DNA of 64,000 nucleotides from NCBI GenBank assembly GCA_022360445.1, contig JAKSCV010000075.1, positions 2,988 to 66,987 on the forward strand, in the 5' to 3' direction. The DNA is from Gammaproteobacteria bacterium. Lineage in GTDB: Bacteria > Pseudomonadota > Gammaproteobacteria > UBA5861. Below the pieces are notes generated by a model. That model searched no databases. It had not been told where the DNA came from and saw only the letters and a program-made list of their open reading frames with translations. The translations under genes and the position numbers were made by a program. Of this stretch, positions 38,964 through 48,229 are shown piece after piece (within the stretch, counting starts at the first letter, position 1; each line of letters opens with the position of its first letter).

Positions 38964-40412
38964 ATGAAACCCAGTCAACACATGAGTCTCGCCGTGCTGC
39001 TAATGCTCTCAACTCTAACGGCAAAAGCCGATCTCCCGGCACTGACGAATAATTTCACTCAGCCGGAAACGGGTGAAGCTTACCCCGGTGGAAAAAGCAC
39101 TTCTACCCGACCTGCTGACAAGCGGGCGTACTCACACCCCAGCACTAACATGAAGCCTGAGCGCAAACTGGATTTCACCTTAGGCAAAGCGATGTTTAAA
39201 CGCCTGTGGGCTTCTGCGCCAACCACCACACAGGCAGCAGATGGCCTTGGCCCACTATTCAATGCTCGGTCCTGCTTGCAATGCCACCAAGGTAATGGCC
39301 GTGGCAAACCCCAGGCACAGGCTGGAAAAACCGATCCTTCCTTTTTTTTACAACTCAGTATTTCCGGCCCGGCAAACACGCAGAAAACAACACACACCCC
39401 GCCCCCTGAACCCACCTATGGCCACCAATTGCAACCTTTTGCCGTGCGGGGATTACCAGCAGAAGGACAGGTTCGAATCACTTACGAGTCGATCCGCGTC
39501 CCGCTCGCTGATAACGAAGTCATCACGCTTCGCAAACCCCGTTACGAGATCACCCAGCTAAACTATGGTCCACTTCATCCAGACACACTCACGTCACCAC
39601 GCATAGCCCCCCAACTGATCGGGTTAGGCCTGCTGGGCGCCATTCACCCGAAAGATCTCGAATCACTGGCCGACCCTGGCGACAACGACCAGAATGGAAT
39701 TTCGGGTCGTATCAACCACGTCTGGAGCGAGCAACACGATGCGCTCAAGCCAGGGCGATTTGGCTGGAAAGCAAGCACCGCCAGCATCAACGAACAAACA
39801 CAAAAAGCCTTCTTTTTCGACATCGGCCTATCCACACCTCTGTTTAAAAGCGGTGCAGGCGAGTGTACCCCGACACAGGCCGCTTGCCAGTCCCTGCCGA
39901 ATGGCAACTCTCCCCAATACGAAGACCTGGAAGCCCACTCAGACATTACTAACTGGACCGCACTTTATACACGTAACCTGGCCGTTCCTCAGCGTAGAAA
40001 TTTCAATGACGCGCGTGTTCTCAGTGGAAAGCAGTTGTTTTACCAAAGCGGTTGCACAGCGTGCCACCAACCTAAATTCATAACCCGTGATGATCCCGTC
40101 GACCCGGAACATGCCCGCCAACTGATCTGGCCGTATACCGATCTACTGTTACATGACATGGGTGAGGACTTGGCCGACCACCGGCCTGTTGCCGGCGCAA
40201 GCGGACGGGAGTGGCGCACAGCACCGCTGTGGGGGATCGGCTTAAGCAAGACGGTTAATGGCAACAACAACTTTCTGCACGATGGCCGCGCCCGCACCCT
40301 GCTGGAAGCTATCCTATGGCACGGTGGTGAGGCTGCTGACTCACGCAAGAAGATTGTCAATATGACCCGAACACAACGTGCGGATTTAATTCTGTTTATC
40401 GAATCCTTGTGA
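38964..40412 (+). CDS. Dihaem c-type oxidoreductase of the DUF1111 family (the putative thiol oxidoreductase / peroxidase-like partner of imelysins)
   Basis: The 482-aa ORF has a signal peptide and two CxxCH haem motifs (CLQCHQGNG and CTACHQP). Confidence 0.7.
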   Translation: MKPSQHMSLAVLLMLSTLTAKADLPALTNNFTQPETGEAYPGGKSTSTRPADKRAYSHPSTNMKPERKLDFTLGKAMFKRLWASAPTTTQAADGLGPLFNARSCLQCHQGNGRGKPQAQAGKTDPSFFLQLSISGPANTQKTTHTPPPEPTYGHQLQPFAVRGLPAEGQVRITYESIRVPLADNEVITLRKPRYEITQLNYGPLHPDTLTSPRIAPQLIGLGLLGAIHPKDLESLADPGDNDQNGISGRINHVWSEQHDALKPGRFGWKASTASINEQTQKAFFFDIGLSTPLFKSGAGECTPTQAACQSLPNGNSPQYEDLEAHSDITNWTALYTRNLAVPQRRNFNDARVLSGKQLFYQSGCTACHQPKFITRDDPVDPEHARQLIWPYTDLLLHDMGEDLADHRPVAGASGREWRTAPLWGIGLSKTVNGNNNFLHDGRARTLLEAILWHGGEAADSRKKIVNMTRTQRADLILFIESL

Positions 40413-40422
40413 GGAAACAGAT

Positions 40423-41508
40423 ATGCTCCATAAAAGACTTGTTCAACGGCTGCTGCAAAGCCTGGGGTTTCTCAGCGTACTGACGTTTACAGCCAGTGTA
40501 CACGCTGAACCCAACTGGAAAAGCCTTAACCAGGCAGTGATCGACCAACATATCTTGCCACGCTATCAGCAACTGCAAACCGATACTCAAGCACTTGCGC
40601 AAGCCACAACACTTTTTTGCACTCAACACACCCGTTCGACCTTTGATCAACTGAAAGCCACTTACCAGCACACAATGGATAGCTGGATGGCTATTCAGCA
40701 TATTCGCTTTGGCCCTGTAGAGGCTTCACTGCGCTACTACCGCTATCAAATCTGGCCAGACAAACACAACACAGGGACCAAACAACTCCAGCGTCTGCTG
40801 AAGAGCGAAGATCTGAAACGACTTGAGCCCAAGCAGTTTGCACAAAGCAGTGTTGCCGTTCAGGGTTTGACCGCACTGGAGCGCCTGCTTTTCCCAACAG
40901 CACTGGATCTGGGGCAATTTGGGTCCCCTCAGGCACCCAGCTACCACTGTGAACTGATTTTGGCCATTGCTCGGAATTTGGCACTCATGTCGTCGGCAAT
41001 CGTTACCGACTGGACAGTCAGTGAAGTGCCTTACCGTACACGCGTCCTCACTGCCGGGCCAGAGAGTGATGATTTCACCAGTCACAGAGAAATTGCGAGC
41101 CAATGGCTCAACAGCATTAGCACGCAGCTCCAGGTGATCACCGAACAAAAATTGCTTCGTCCACTCAAACGTTTCCGTTTAAAGCGTGCAGAATCCTGGC
41201 GGAGCCGCCGCTCACTGGACAATATTTTTTTGAACCTGCACGCCATCCGTGAGCTCTACGCGATAGGCCTAGCACCCAAATTACCTGAAGATCCGTTAGA
41301 CAACGCGATCAAAAAAGCGTTTGACCAGGCCATCACCTCGATCACAGCACTCGATACCCCGCTTTATGACATCAAACAGGACTCACCAGAGGCCAAGAAG
41401 CTGGAAAAAATACTCGCCGATGCTCGCCAATTGACGGCATTAGCCTCCTCTGAGCTGCCCCAGGCCTTGGGTCTATCGCTGGGATTTAACAGTTTGGACG
41501 GTGACTGA
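40423..41508 (+). CDS. Imelysin-like protein (second paralogue, lacking the canonical HxxE)
   Basis: The 361-aa ORF has a signal peptide and a GLTALERLLF motif region, positioned as the third gene of the conserved imelysin-DUF1111-imelysin-like-DUF1513 arrangement. Confidence 0.6.
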   Translation: MLHKRLVQRLLQSLGFLSVLTFTASVHAEPNWKSLNQAVIDQHILPRYQQLQTDTQALAQATTLFCTQHTRSTFDQLKATYQHTMDSWMAIQHIRFGPVEASLRYYRYQIWPDKHNTGTKQLQRLLKSEDLKRLEPKQFAQSSVAVQGLTALERLLFPTALDLGQFGSPQAPSYHCELILAIARNLALMSSAIVTDWTVSEVPYRTRVLTAGPESDDFTSHREIASQWLNSISTQLQVITEQKLLRPLKRFRLKRAESWRSRRSLDNIFLNLHAIRELYAIGLAPKLPEDPLDNAIKKAFDQAITSITALDTPLYDIKQDSPEAKKLEKILADARQLTALASSELPQALGLSLGFNSLDGD

Positions 41509-41510
41509 CC

Positions 41511-42638
41511 GTGCCCATAACCCGACGCCAGTTTATGCTCGCAGCGACCGGTTTTTCGCTGCTGTATACAGGCACGATTAGGCGTAGCGGACACAGCAGT
41601 ACCCAGTACCTGAGTGCTTACACCGATGCAAAAGGCGATGACTTCATCAGTGGCTTTAACCAAAAAGGGAGCTTCCAGTTTCAGACGCCCCTGCCCAGCC
41701 GAGGGCATGCCATTGCCGTATCGCCCGTCACTCAAGACGCCGTCGCTATTGCCCGCAGACCCGGTCGCTACTTAATTGTTATTGATACAAGAACGGGCCA
41801 AATACGGCACACTCTGGAAAGCCATGCTGGGCGACACTTTTATGGCCATGGCGTCTTTTCGCAGGATGGACGGTGGTTCTACACCACGGAGAATGACTTT
41901 ACCAGTGGACAAGGGGTGATTGGTGTATGGGATGCTCAACGAGACTACCAGTTAGTGGACACATTTTTATCCTACGGTATCGGTCCACATGAGCTGATCA
42001 TGCTCTCAGATGGCCAGACACTCGCTGTGGCGAATGGCGGGATTCAAACACACCCCGACACCGGCCGGGCCAAATTAAACCTTGAACAGATGCGGCCGTC
42101 TCTCACCTACCTTGACAGCCGCCGAGGCACTCTTCTGGAGCAACAGCACCTCCCACCGCTGTGGCACAAAAACAGTATCCGGCATCTGGCATCTACCCCG
42201 GATGATTGTATTTGCTTTGTCATGCAATACCAGGGACAAGCCAGCGTGGCACCATCACTGGTCGGCCTTCACCGGAAAGGTCAACCGGTTCAGTTACTTT
42301 ATGCACCACCCACAATTCAAAAAAATATGCGCAATTACTGCGGGAGCGTTTGTGCCGATACCTCGGGGACAATATTTGCGGTCTCTTCACCCAAAGGGGG
42401 GATTGTAACTTTTTGGCGCGCGAAAGACGGCCAGTTTTTGGGACACAGCAAGCTGATTGATGGTTGCGGCATTGCCAGAGGCCAACAGCCTGGCATGTTT
42501 TTATTGAGTAACGGTGCCGGGCACCTGGTCCACATCCAGGTCAATCAGCAGCAGTTAAACACAACGTTGACCACTCAAAAATCCCAAATACACTGGGACA
42601 ACCACATGACGCATATTCCAGTTTCATCATTCGGATGA
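41511..42638 (+). CDS. DUF1513-family protein with a Tat signal
   Basis: The 375-aa ORF has RRQFMLAATGF and is colinear with the paralogue at 23159-24262. Confidence 0.7.
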   Translation: MPITRRQFMLAATGFSLLYTGTIRRSGHSSTQYLSAYTDAKGDDFISGFNQKGSFQFQTPLPSRGHAIAVSPVTQDAVAIARRPGRYLIVIDTRTGQIRHTLESHAGRHFYGHGVFSQDGRWFYTTENDFTSGQGVIGVWDAQRDYQLVDTFLSYGIGPHELIMLSDGQTLAVANGGIQTHPDTGRAKLNLEQMRPSLTYLDSRRGTLLEQQHLPPLWHKNSIRHLASTPDDCICFVMQYQGQASVAPSLVGLHRKGQPVQLLYAPPTIQKNMRNYCGSVCADTSGTIFAVSSPKGGIVTFWRAKDGQFLGHSKLIDGCGIARGQQPGMFLLSNGAGHLVHIQVNQQQLNTTLTTQKSQIHWDNHMTHIPVSSFG

Positions 42639-42653
42639 CGACGGAGATAAACC

Positions 42654-43820
42654 ATGCATATTCCTCACGCGACACCTTTGCTTCTGGCAGGCATGATGAC
42701 CCTCTTTCCGTTTCACACCTTATCGGCCTTTGAAACGGTTGAAATGCTGGGCCAGACACTCTTTTTTGACAAAAACCTCTCCAAAAACCGTACACAGTCC
42801 TGTGCCACTTGCCATGATCCAGCTAACGGTTTTGCAGACGCCCGTGACAATGCAGCCGCTGGCACCGTCTCACTGGGTGATGACAACGCTTCCCTGGGGG
42901 ACCGGAACGCACCCACAGCCGCTTACGCAGCCTTTAGCCCGCCTTTCCACCTCAACAAAGAGGGTATATACGTGGGTGGGCAGTTCCATGACGGCCGAGC
43001 CAAAAACCTCACCGAACAAGCGGGTGGCCCACCCACCAACCCCATTGAAATGGGGCTTCCGGACAAGGCTGCTACCGTCAAGCGGTTACAGGAAAATAAG
43101 CAATATGTCTCAAGCTTTAAAACGTTTTACGGTGAGAATATCTTCCACAACACGGACAAGGCCTATACCGCCATGGCTCAGAGTATTGCCGCTTTTGAAA
43201 AAACGGCTTTCTTCTCACCTTTTGACTCCAAATACGACCGCTATTTACGCGGTGAATATACCCTGAATAAAGAAGAAGATCTGGGTATGACGCTCTTCTT
43301 CTCCAAACAATTCACTAATTGCAATCTTTGCCACCAGCTCAAAAAATTACCAGGCCGCGAAAGCGAAACCTTTACCAACTACAGCTACCACAACATCGGC
43401 ACCCCCATCAATCAAAAGGCACGAAGTGTGAATGGCGTGCTGGCAGACCACATTGACAAAGGCTTGCTCGACAACCCTGACGTCAACGACCCGGCTCAGG
43501 CGGGCAAATTTAAAGTCCCGACTTTGCGTAATGTCGCAGTCACCGCACCCTATATGCACAACGGTATTTTCTCCGATCTTCGTACAGTTGTGCTGTTCTA
43601 CAACAAATACAACAGCCGCAGTGCAAAACGCCAAATCAATCCGGAAACCGGTCAGCTCTGGCAATCACCCGAAATCGCAGAAAACCTCTCGTTACAGGAG
43701 CTGGAAACCGGCCCCGCCCTGGATGATAAGCGCATCGATGCGTTGGTGGCCTTCATGAAGACATTGACTGATCAGCGTTACGAGCACTTGCTCAAACAGC
43801 CCTTGCAAAACCGGCCCTAA
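42654..43820 (+). CDS. Dihaem cytochrome c peroxidase (CcpA/MauG family)
   Basis: The 388-aa ORF has a signal peptide, two haem sites (CATCHD and CNLCHQ) and the CCP-family conserved regions (GQFHDGRAKNLTEQAGGP, FKVPTLRNVAVTAPYMHNG). Confidence 0.85.
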   Translation: MHIPHATPLLLAGMMTLFPFHTLSAFETVEMLGQTLFFDKNLSKNRTQSCATCHDPANGFADARDNAAAGTVSLGDDNASLGDRNAPTAAYAAFSPPFHLNKEGIYVGGQFHDGRAKNLTEQAGGPPTNPIEMGLPDKAATVKRLQENKQYVSSFKTFYGENIFHNTDKAYTAMAQSIAAFEKTAFFSPFDSKYDRYLRGEYTLNKEEDLGMTLFFSKQFTNCNLCHQLKKLPGRESETFTNYSYHNIGTPINQKARSVNGVLADHIDKGLLDNPDVNDPAQAGKFKVPTLRNVAVTAPYMHNGIFSDLRTVVLFYNKYNSRSAKRQINPETGQLWQSPEIAENLSLQELETGPALDDKRIDALVAFMKTLTDQRYEHLLKQPLQNRP

Positions 43821-43931
43821 GAAAGCCACAATACTGCTTAAAAATTAAATACTTGCACCAGGTAACGACTTAACGGGAACGCACATACTGTGCATGCGCG
43901 ACGAAAGGCGGTACGAAACGAGGCATAGACC

Positions 43932-44660
43932 ATGCTCCAATTTCTGCACTTACCCCTGTTTGTACCCACATTTTTTGCCATCATCATTCGGCCACTGGGC
44001 TTTTTCCGCGAATATTACCAACGGGTCTCGGCCCGAAAAGCGTCCTTTTGGGACATCAATGTCGAAGAAGAAGGCGACCGTTACCTGGGGCCCGTCAAGT
44101 TTGCTGCGCTGGCCGTCGCCCTCAGTAATCTGATTTTCCCGCTGATCCTGTCATTGGGCACCCAGGCCGGTGTTTTTAGCCCTGAATATGCCGCCTTTGC
44201 TGACTGGGCCGAAAAACAAGGATATCTGGAACCCGCCCAGTTCACAGGTATCGGCATCATCGATGACGTTCTCCGGGAAGTCATCGTGCTTCTGATGTTC
44301 TATGGACTGGGGCATTTAATTGCCCTGCTTTCCCAACAACGTATCCCTGCCCGTTTCGCGGCGGGTTACTTTTTTTACTGGGGCGCCTGGGGACTACTGG
44401 GCTCCCTGGTACAACTTGTGACGGTTTTACTGAGCAGCTTTATGCCGGGTTTTCCAGCGGGGTTGTACGTCTTCTTTGATATCACCATCTCGCTCGCAGC
44501 TTACTTTATGTTTCTGGTTTTTCCTATCCTGTACTGGCCCCGTATTCTTGACATTTCCAAAAAACAATCGGCCATCGCACTGTTAGGCGGGCTCGTTATT
44601 TGGATACCTGTGGTTGCCATTTTGGCAATCGTCATTGTTGATGTTCCTGACATTCGCTAA
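43932..44660 (+). CDS. Hypothetical polytopic membrane protein
   Basis: The 242-aa ORF has at least six hydrophobic segments and no recognised motif. Confidence 0.4.
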   Translation: MLQFLHLPLFVPTFFAIIIRPLGFFREYYQRVSARKASFWDINVEEEGDRYLGPVKFAALAVALSNLIFPLILSLGTQAGVFSPEYAAFADWAEKQGYLEPAQFTGIGIIDDVLREVIVLLMFYGLGHLIALLSQQRIPARFAAGYFFYWGAWGLLGSLVQLVTVLLSSFMPGFPAGLYVFFDITISLAAYFMFLVFPILYWPRILDISKKQSAIALLGGLVIWIPVVAILAIVIVDVPDIR

Positions 44661-44689
44661 ACGATCAGTAAAAACATGGGATTCATACG

Positions 44690-45340
44690 ATGACAAACGG
44701 CATGGCCATGATTCACACGTGTGGGACGCCGGCGAGTATTAGACACTCTTCAAGTACTACTTTGAAACAGAAGAGTTTACTTGCCATACGCCAACACCGC
44801 GGTATCACAACATCAAACCTGATGACGTGTGAACCCCAAACTGGGAACGTCCAGCTTGCTTGATTCTGCGACCGACCTGGAAGTACTAATCACTCGTTTA
44901 GAGAAAGCCCCGTTGTGATGGGTCATGCCATGGGCGGTTTACTGGCCCAGATACTGGCTTCCCGCGGCCTCGTGAAAAGCGCTGCGCTGCTCACCCCGGC
45001 TTTCCCCGCAGGAGTAAATGCGTTGAAATATTCGATGATCACAGCTTTTGGGAAAGTGTTGACACACTGGGGGTAGGGCGTGCGGCTGCTGAATTCCAGA
45101 CATGCCTCACGTGTTGACGGCGGCCAAGTCAACTGCCCTGTATTAGTGATTGCTGACACGGAGGACCGGATCACCCCGGCCAGCGTTGTGCAGAAAGTTA
45201 CCAACCAGTATCCACGTGTTTCTACCGGCAAGATCTTTGAAGGGAATGCTCATTGGCTGATGGCCGGATCAGGCTGGCAAACACTGAGAAAAATACCCGA
45301 TTCAATGAGTGATAGCGTGCACTTTGTGGCCCCTGCGTAA
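44690..45340 (+). pseudogene. Degraded alpha/beta-hydrolase gene (two ORF pieces separated by a stop or frameshift). The nucleophile-elbow reads G-H-A-M-G-G, i.e. Ala in place of Ser.
   Basis: The pieces ..DLEVLITRLEKAPVVMGHAMGGLLAQILASRGL..* and, downstream, ..CPVLVIADTEDRITPASVVQKV...GNAHWLMAGSGWQ (catalytic His region) lie in different frames. Confidence 0.55.
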
Positions 45341-45739
45341 ACAATACCGCAGCCATTTGTATAAAAAACGATTTAGTTTCCAACTGCCTTCTAAAGAACG
45401 GCTACAGCGTTTAACGTGCCGCTGCCCATGCAAAAGTCCACTGACGACTTCCGCCTGCCGGGCATCGTGATAAACCCGGACGTACAAATCGGGTTCGTAT
45501 TCGCCACGGTTACCGTCTGTAAAGACGTACGTTAAATTCAATGTGCTGGTGTACGGTGACTTCTCAATCACACGAATGTGCAAATCCAAACACCCGTTAA
45601 CTCGGGAGATGCAATCGCCTTGCAACTGATCCAATGCTGGCAGCAGTAAGCGCATGTTAATGTAATTGGCTTCATACAAGTCCATCAGCCGGGCGAAGCG
45701 GCTAACAGCTGTTCTGTCTTTTTTCGTTGCTATATACAC
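45302..45739 (-). CDS. DUF1249-family protein (YqiB-like)
   Basis: The 145-aa ORF (..RLMDLYEANYINMRLLLP...LYVRVYHDARQAEVVS) fits the DUF1249 pattern. YqiB-type genes classically lie in the parC/parE region. Confidence 0.55.
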   Translation of the reverse strand: MYIATKKDRTAVSRFARLMDLYEANYINMRLLLPALDQLQGDCISRVNGCLDLHIRVIEKSPYTSTLNLTYVFTDGNRGEYEPDLYVRVYHDARQAEVVSGLLHGQRHVKRCSRSLEGSWKLNRFLYKWLRYCLRRGHKVHAITH

Positions 45740-45799
45740 AAAATAAGCCTATTTAACTTTGTCCCACGGTGCTCTTAACGGCACACTACCCACAACTGA

Positions 45800-46303
45800 A
45801 TGATAAAGAGATATTTGATGAAAAAAACCTTTCTCAGCATGTGTCTCATGACGATGCTTTCCGCCTGCGCCACAACGGCTCCTTCTACAACCTCTCAGAC
45901 CATGCTTTTAAGCAGCCTAACCATGCTTTACGAGCAACACGTTAGTACACTCGACTACCAGAGAAAAGAGGAAATTAAACAGAGCGAGCAGGCGCTACAA
46001 AAAAAGTTCCTCGAATACAACCTTAGCAAACGTTTAAAGGGAAGGAGAACTTTGTCTTCAGAAGAAGCAAAAAACCTGTCCAAAAAATATGCCGCTGCTT
46101 TGGCTGAACAGCGAGAAGCGATCCAAACAACCTACAATGAGAAGCTTAAACGACTTGACTCAATTTACCAATCACTTGTTAGTTTAGTCACAGAAAATGC
46201 CAGCTATATCAGTGGCTATAAGCAAAATACGAATCAAGCTAAGCAGCTCCAGGCGGACTACCAAAGCAAGCTTGAAGCAATGTATGTACTACTGACACAA
46301 TGA
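45800..46303 (+). CDS. Coiled-coil lipoprotein of unknown function
   Basis: The 167-aa ORF has a lipobox (MLSACATT), a K/E/Q-rich helical body and a 4-bp overlap with the downstream CpxP-like gene. Confidence 0.5.
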   Translation: MIKRYLMKKTFLSMCLMTMLSACATTAPSTTSQTMLLSSLTMLYEQHVSTLDYQRKEEIKQSEQALQKKFLEYNLSKRLKGRRTLSSEEAKNLSKKYAAALAEQREAIQTTYNEKLKRLDSIYQSLVSLVTENASYISGYKQNTNQAKQLQADYQSKLEAMYVLLTQ

Positions 46304-46905
46304 CAGTTGATATGACATGGAAAAATGGAATGCGACGTTCACTTTTTTACATTTTATTCATCGCAAGCACCTTACCTGCAACACTCGCGGCGAAGACACT
46401 CTCGCCTTATCTTGGACAAGAAAACCGTGACATCAAAGCGCTCTCACCCGAAGCGATTCAAGATCTGCTGGACGGAAAAGGTATGGGCTTTGCGAAAGCA
46501 GCCGAACTGAATGGCTATCCCGGTCCTGCCCATGTCCTCGAATTAGAGGATGACCTGGCACTGACCACTGAGCAGTATAACAAAACAAAAACACTCTTTG
46601 ATTCGATGTTGTCAAAAGCGAAATCTCTTGGACAACAGCTCTTGGATCAAGAACGCTCACTGGAACATTTGTATGCCACGAGGCGAATCACAGCAGACAA
46701 CTTAAGGCAGGTAACAGAAAACATCAGCAGGCTCAAAGGCGAACTCCGCTATACCCATTTAGCAGCACATCTGACGCAATGGGACATTCTATCCCCCAAA
46801 CAAAGAGACCTGTACTTTACCCTCCGAGGCTACCAGAGCCATGTAAACTCAGTGCACTCGCATCATAAACACGACTCATTGAAAGGTGAGAGCACGCATC
46901 ATTAA
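46300..46905 (+). CDS. CpxP/Spy/ZraP-family periplasmic protein with a His-rich C-terminal tail (candidate metal- or envelope-stress chaperone)
   Basis: The 201-aa ORF has a signal peptide, two LTxxQ-like motifs (LALTTEQYNKTKTL and LSPKQRDLYFTL) and a C-terminal HVNSVHSHHKHDSLKGESTHH. Confidence 0.55.
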   Translation: MTVDMTWKNGMRRSLFYILFIASTLPATLAAKTLSPYLGQENRDIKALSPEAIQDLLDGKGMGFAKAAELNGYPGPAHVLELEDDLALTTEQYNKTKTLFDSMLSKAKSLGQQLLDQERSLEHLYATRRITADNLRQVTENISRLKGELRYTHLAAHLTQWDILSPKQRDLYFTLRGYQSHVNSVHSHHKHDSLKGESTHH

Positions 46906-46932
46906 CGCGTGATGGACTAAATCAGAGGTTCC

Positions 46933-47463
46933 CTAGCGCTTTATGGCATCCCACTGTGCTTGCTGCCGTTCTACCAAGGTTTGTTGAACTTGCTTAGCAT
47001 CCTCAAAGAGCTTTTTGACGTTGTCGGGGGAGTAGGCTTCAAAGCCCTTAGGAAGGCTGGCAGAATTATCAACCACAGGCCGCTCAGCTTCTGCACGTGT
47101 TGGCTCTGGCGGGCTTGTCGTTAAATGCCTTTGCCTGTTCACCGAGCCGATCACATTTACATTCGGATCAATTGTTACCGCTTCAGCCAAAGCAGCGTTC
47201 AAAGGACGAATCTTGCCATAATGCCACTGCCCATGCTCGTCCTGCCACTTATAGATGGTCTCTTTCTGGCGCTGGAACACAACTTCGCCCGCTGAATCGG
47301 CGGAACGATTAATCTCGTTCATAAATGTTGAAGCCTGTTGGGGCAAACTCACCGTTGAAAAAATCTGAAAAGGATGGTGGCCATTGAGATACATCACGTA
47401 GGAAATCATGCCCAGGACCATGATTAATGGAAGCGTGGCTTTAAAGAGTAATCTCATGAACAT
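46933..47463 (-). CDS. DUF4124-domain protein
   Basis: The 176-aa ORF has an N-terminal TM helix and a YKWQDEHGQWHYGKIRP motif typical of DUF4124. Confidence 0.55.
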   Translation of the reverse strand: MFMRLLFKATLPLIMVLGMISYVMYLNGHHPFQIFSTVSLPQQASTFMNEINRSADSAGEVVFQRQKETIYKWQDEHGQWHYGKIRPLNAALAEAVTIDPNVNVIGSVNRQRHLTTSPPEPTRAEAERPVVDNSASLPKGFEAYSPDNVKKLFEDAKQVQQTLVERQQAQWDAIKR

Positions 47464-47679
47464 CGCGGGACGTCCTCCAAAGGATCTAATCTATCCCGAA
47501 TCGGCAGATGGGCTGTTAACTAAAGGAGCCTGTATTTTTTAGGGTACAGGCGCTAGAAAAAAAGGGATAAAGTGCTTGCCCACAGAGTTATCCACAGGAA
47601 ATCAAAAGGATAAGGTAAGAGAAAACAAGTGAGGCATTGGATTGGGCCCATGCCTCACGCGCATGAATTTGAAAAGCAA

Positions 47680-48180
47680 TTAAACCTTAGGGCCCAACCG
47701 GGTAATACTCGGTGCCTTTCCTGTTTTATAAACCATGACACTGCGTTTGAAAGTGATGACGACAACACCATCTTGATTAAAACCACTGGTCTTAACCGTT
47801 ACAATGCCCACATTGTCGCGAGACTTGGACTCACGTTTATCCAGCACTTCCGATTGCGAGTAAATCGTGTCCCCTTCAAACACGGGGTTAGGTAAACGGA
47901 TTTCATCCCAGCTTAAATTTGCCATTACATTTTGCGAAATGTCTGTCACTGTCTGTCCCGTCACCAGCGACAGCGTGAATGTTGAATTCACCAGGGGCCG
48001 TCCAAATTCGGTTTGCGATGCATAGTGATGGTCAAAATGCACAGCGGCTGTATTTTGCGTTAACAGCGTAAACCAACTGTTGTCCGTTGATGTGACGGTT
48101 CGCCCCAGCGGATGGTGATACACATCCCCTACTTCAAAATCTTCATAAAATCGCCCATTCCAGCCTTGTTTAACTGTCAT
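47680..48180 (-). CDS. MaoC-like (R)-specific hydratase/dehydratase, hotdog fold
   Basis: The 166-aa ORF has the MaoC pattern (FEDFEVGDVYHHPLGRTVTSTDNSWFTLLTQNTAAVHFD). Confidence 0.7.
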   Translation of the reverse strand: MTVKQGWNGRFYEDFEVGDVYHHPLGRTVTSTDNSWFTLLTQNTAAVHFDHHYASQTEFGRPLVNSTFTLSLVTGQTVTDISQNVMANLSWDEIRLPNPVFEGDTIYSQSEVLDKRESKSRDNVGIVTVKTSGFNQDGVVVITFKRSVMVYKTGKAPSITRLGPKV

Positions 48181-48229
48181 AAATAATGCTTCCTTTTAAT
48201 TTTTCATACTGCTGACTCATACTCAGTCG

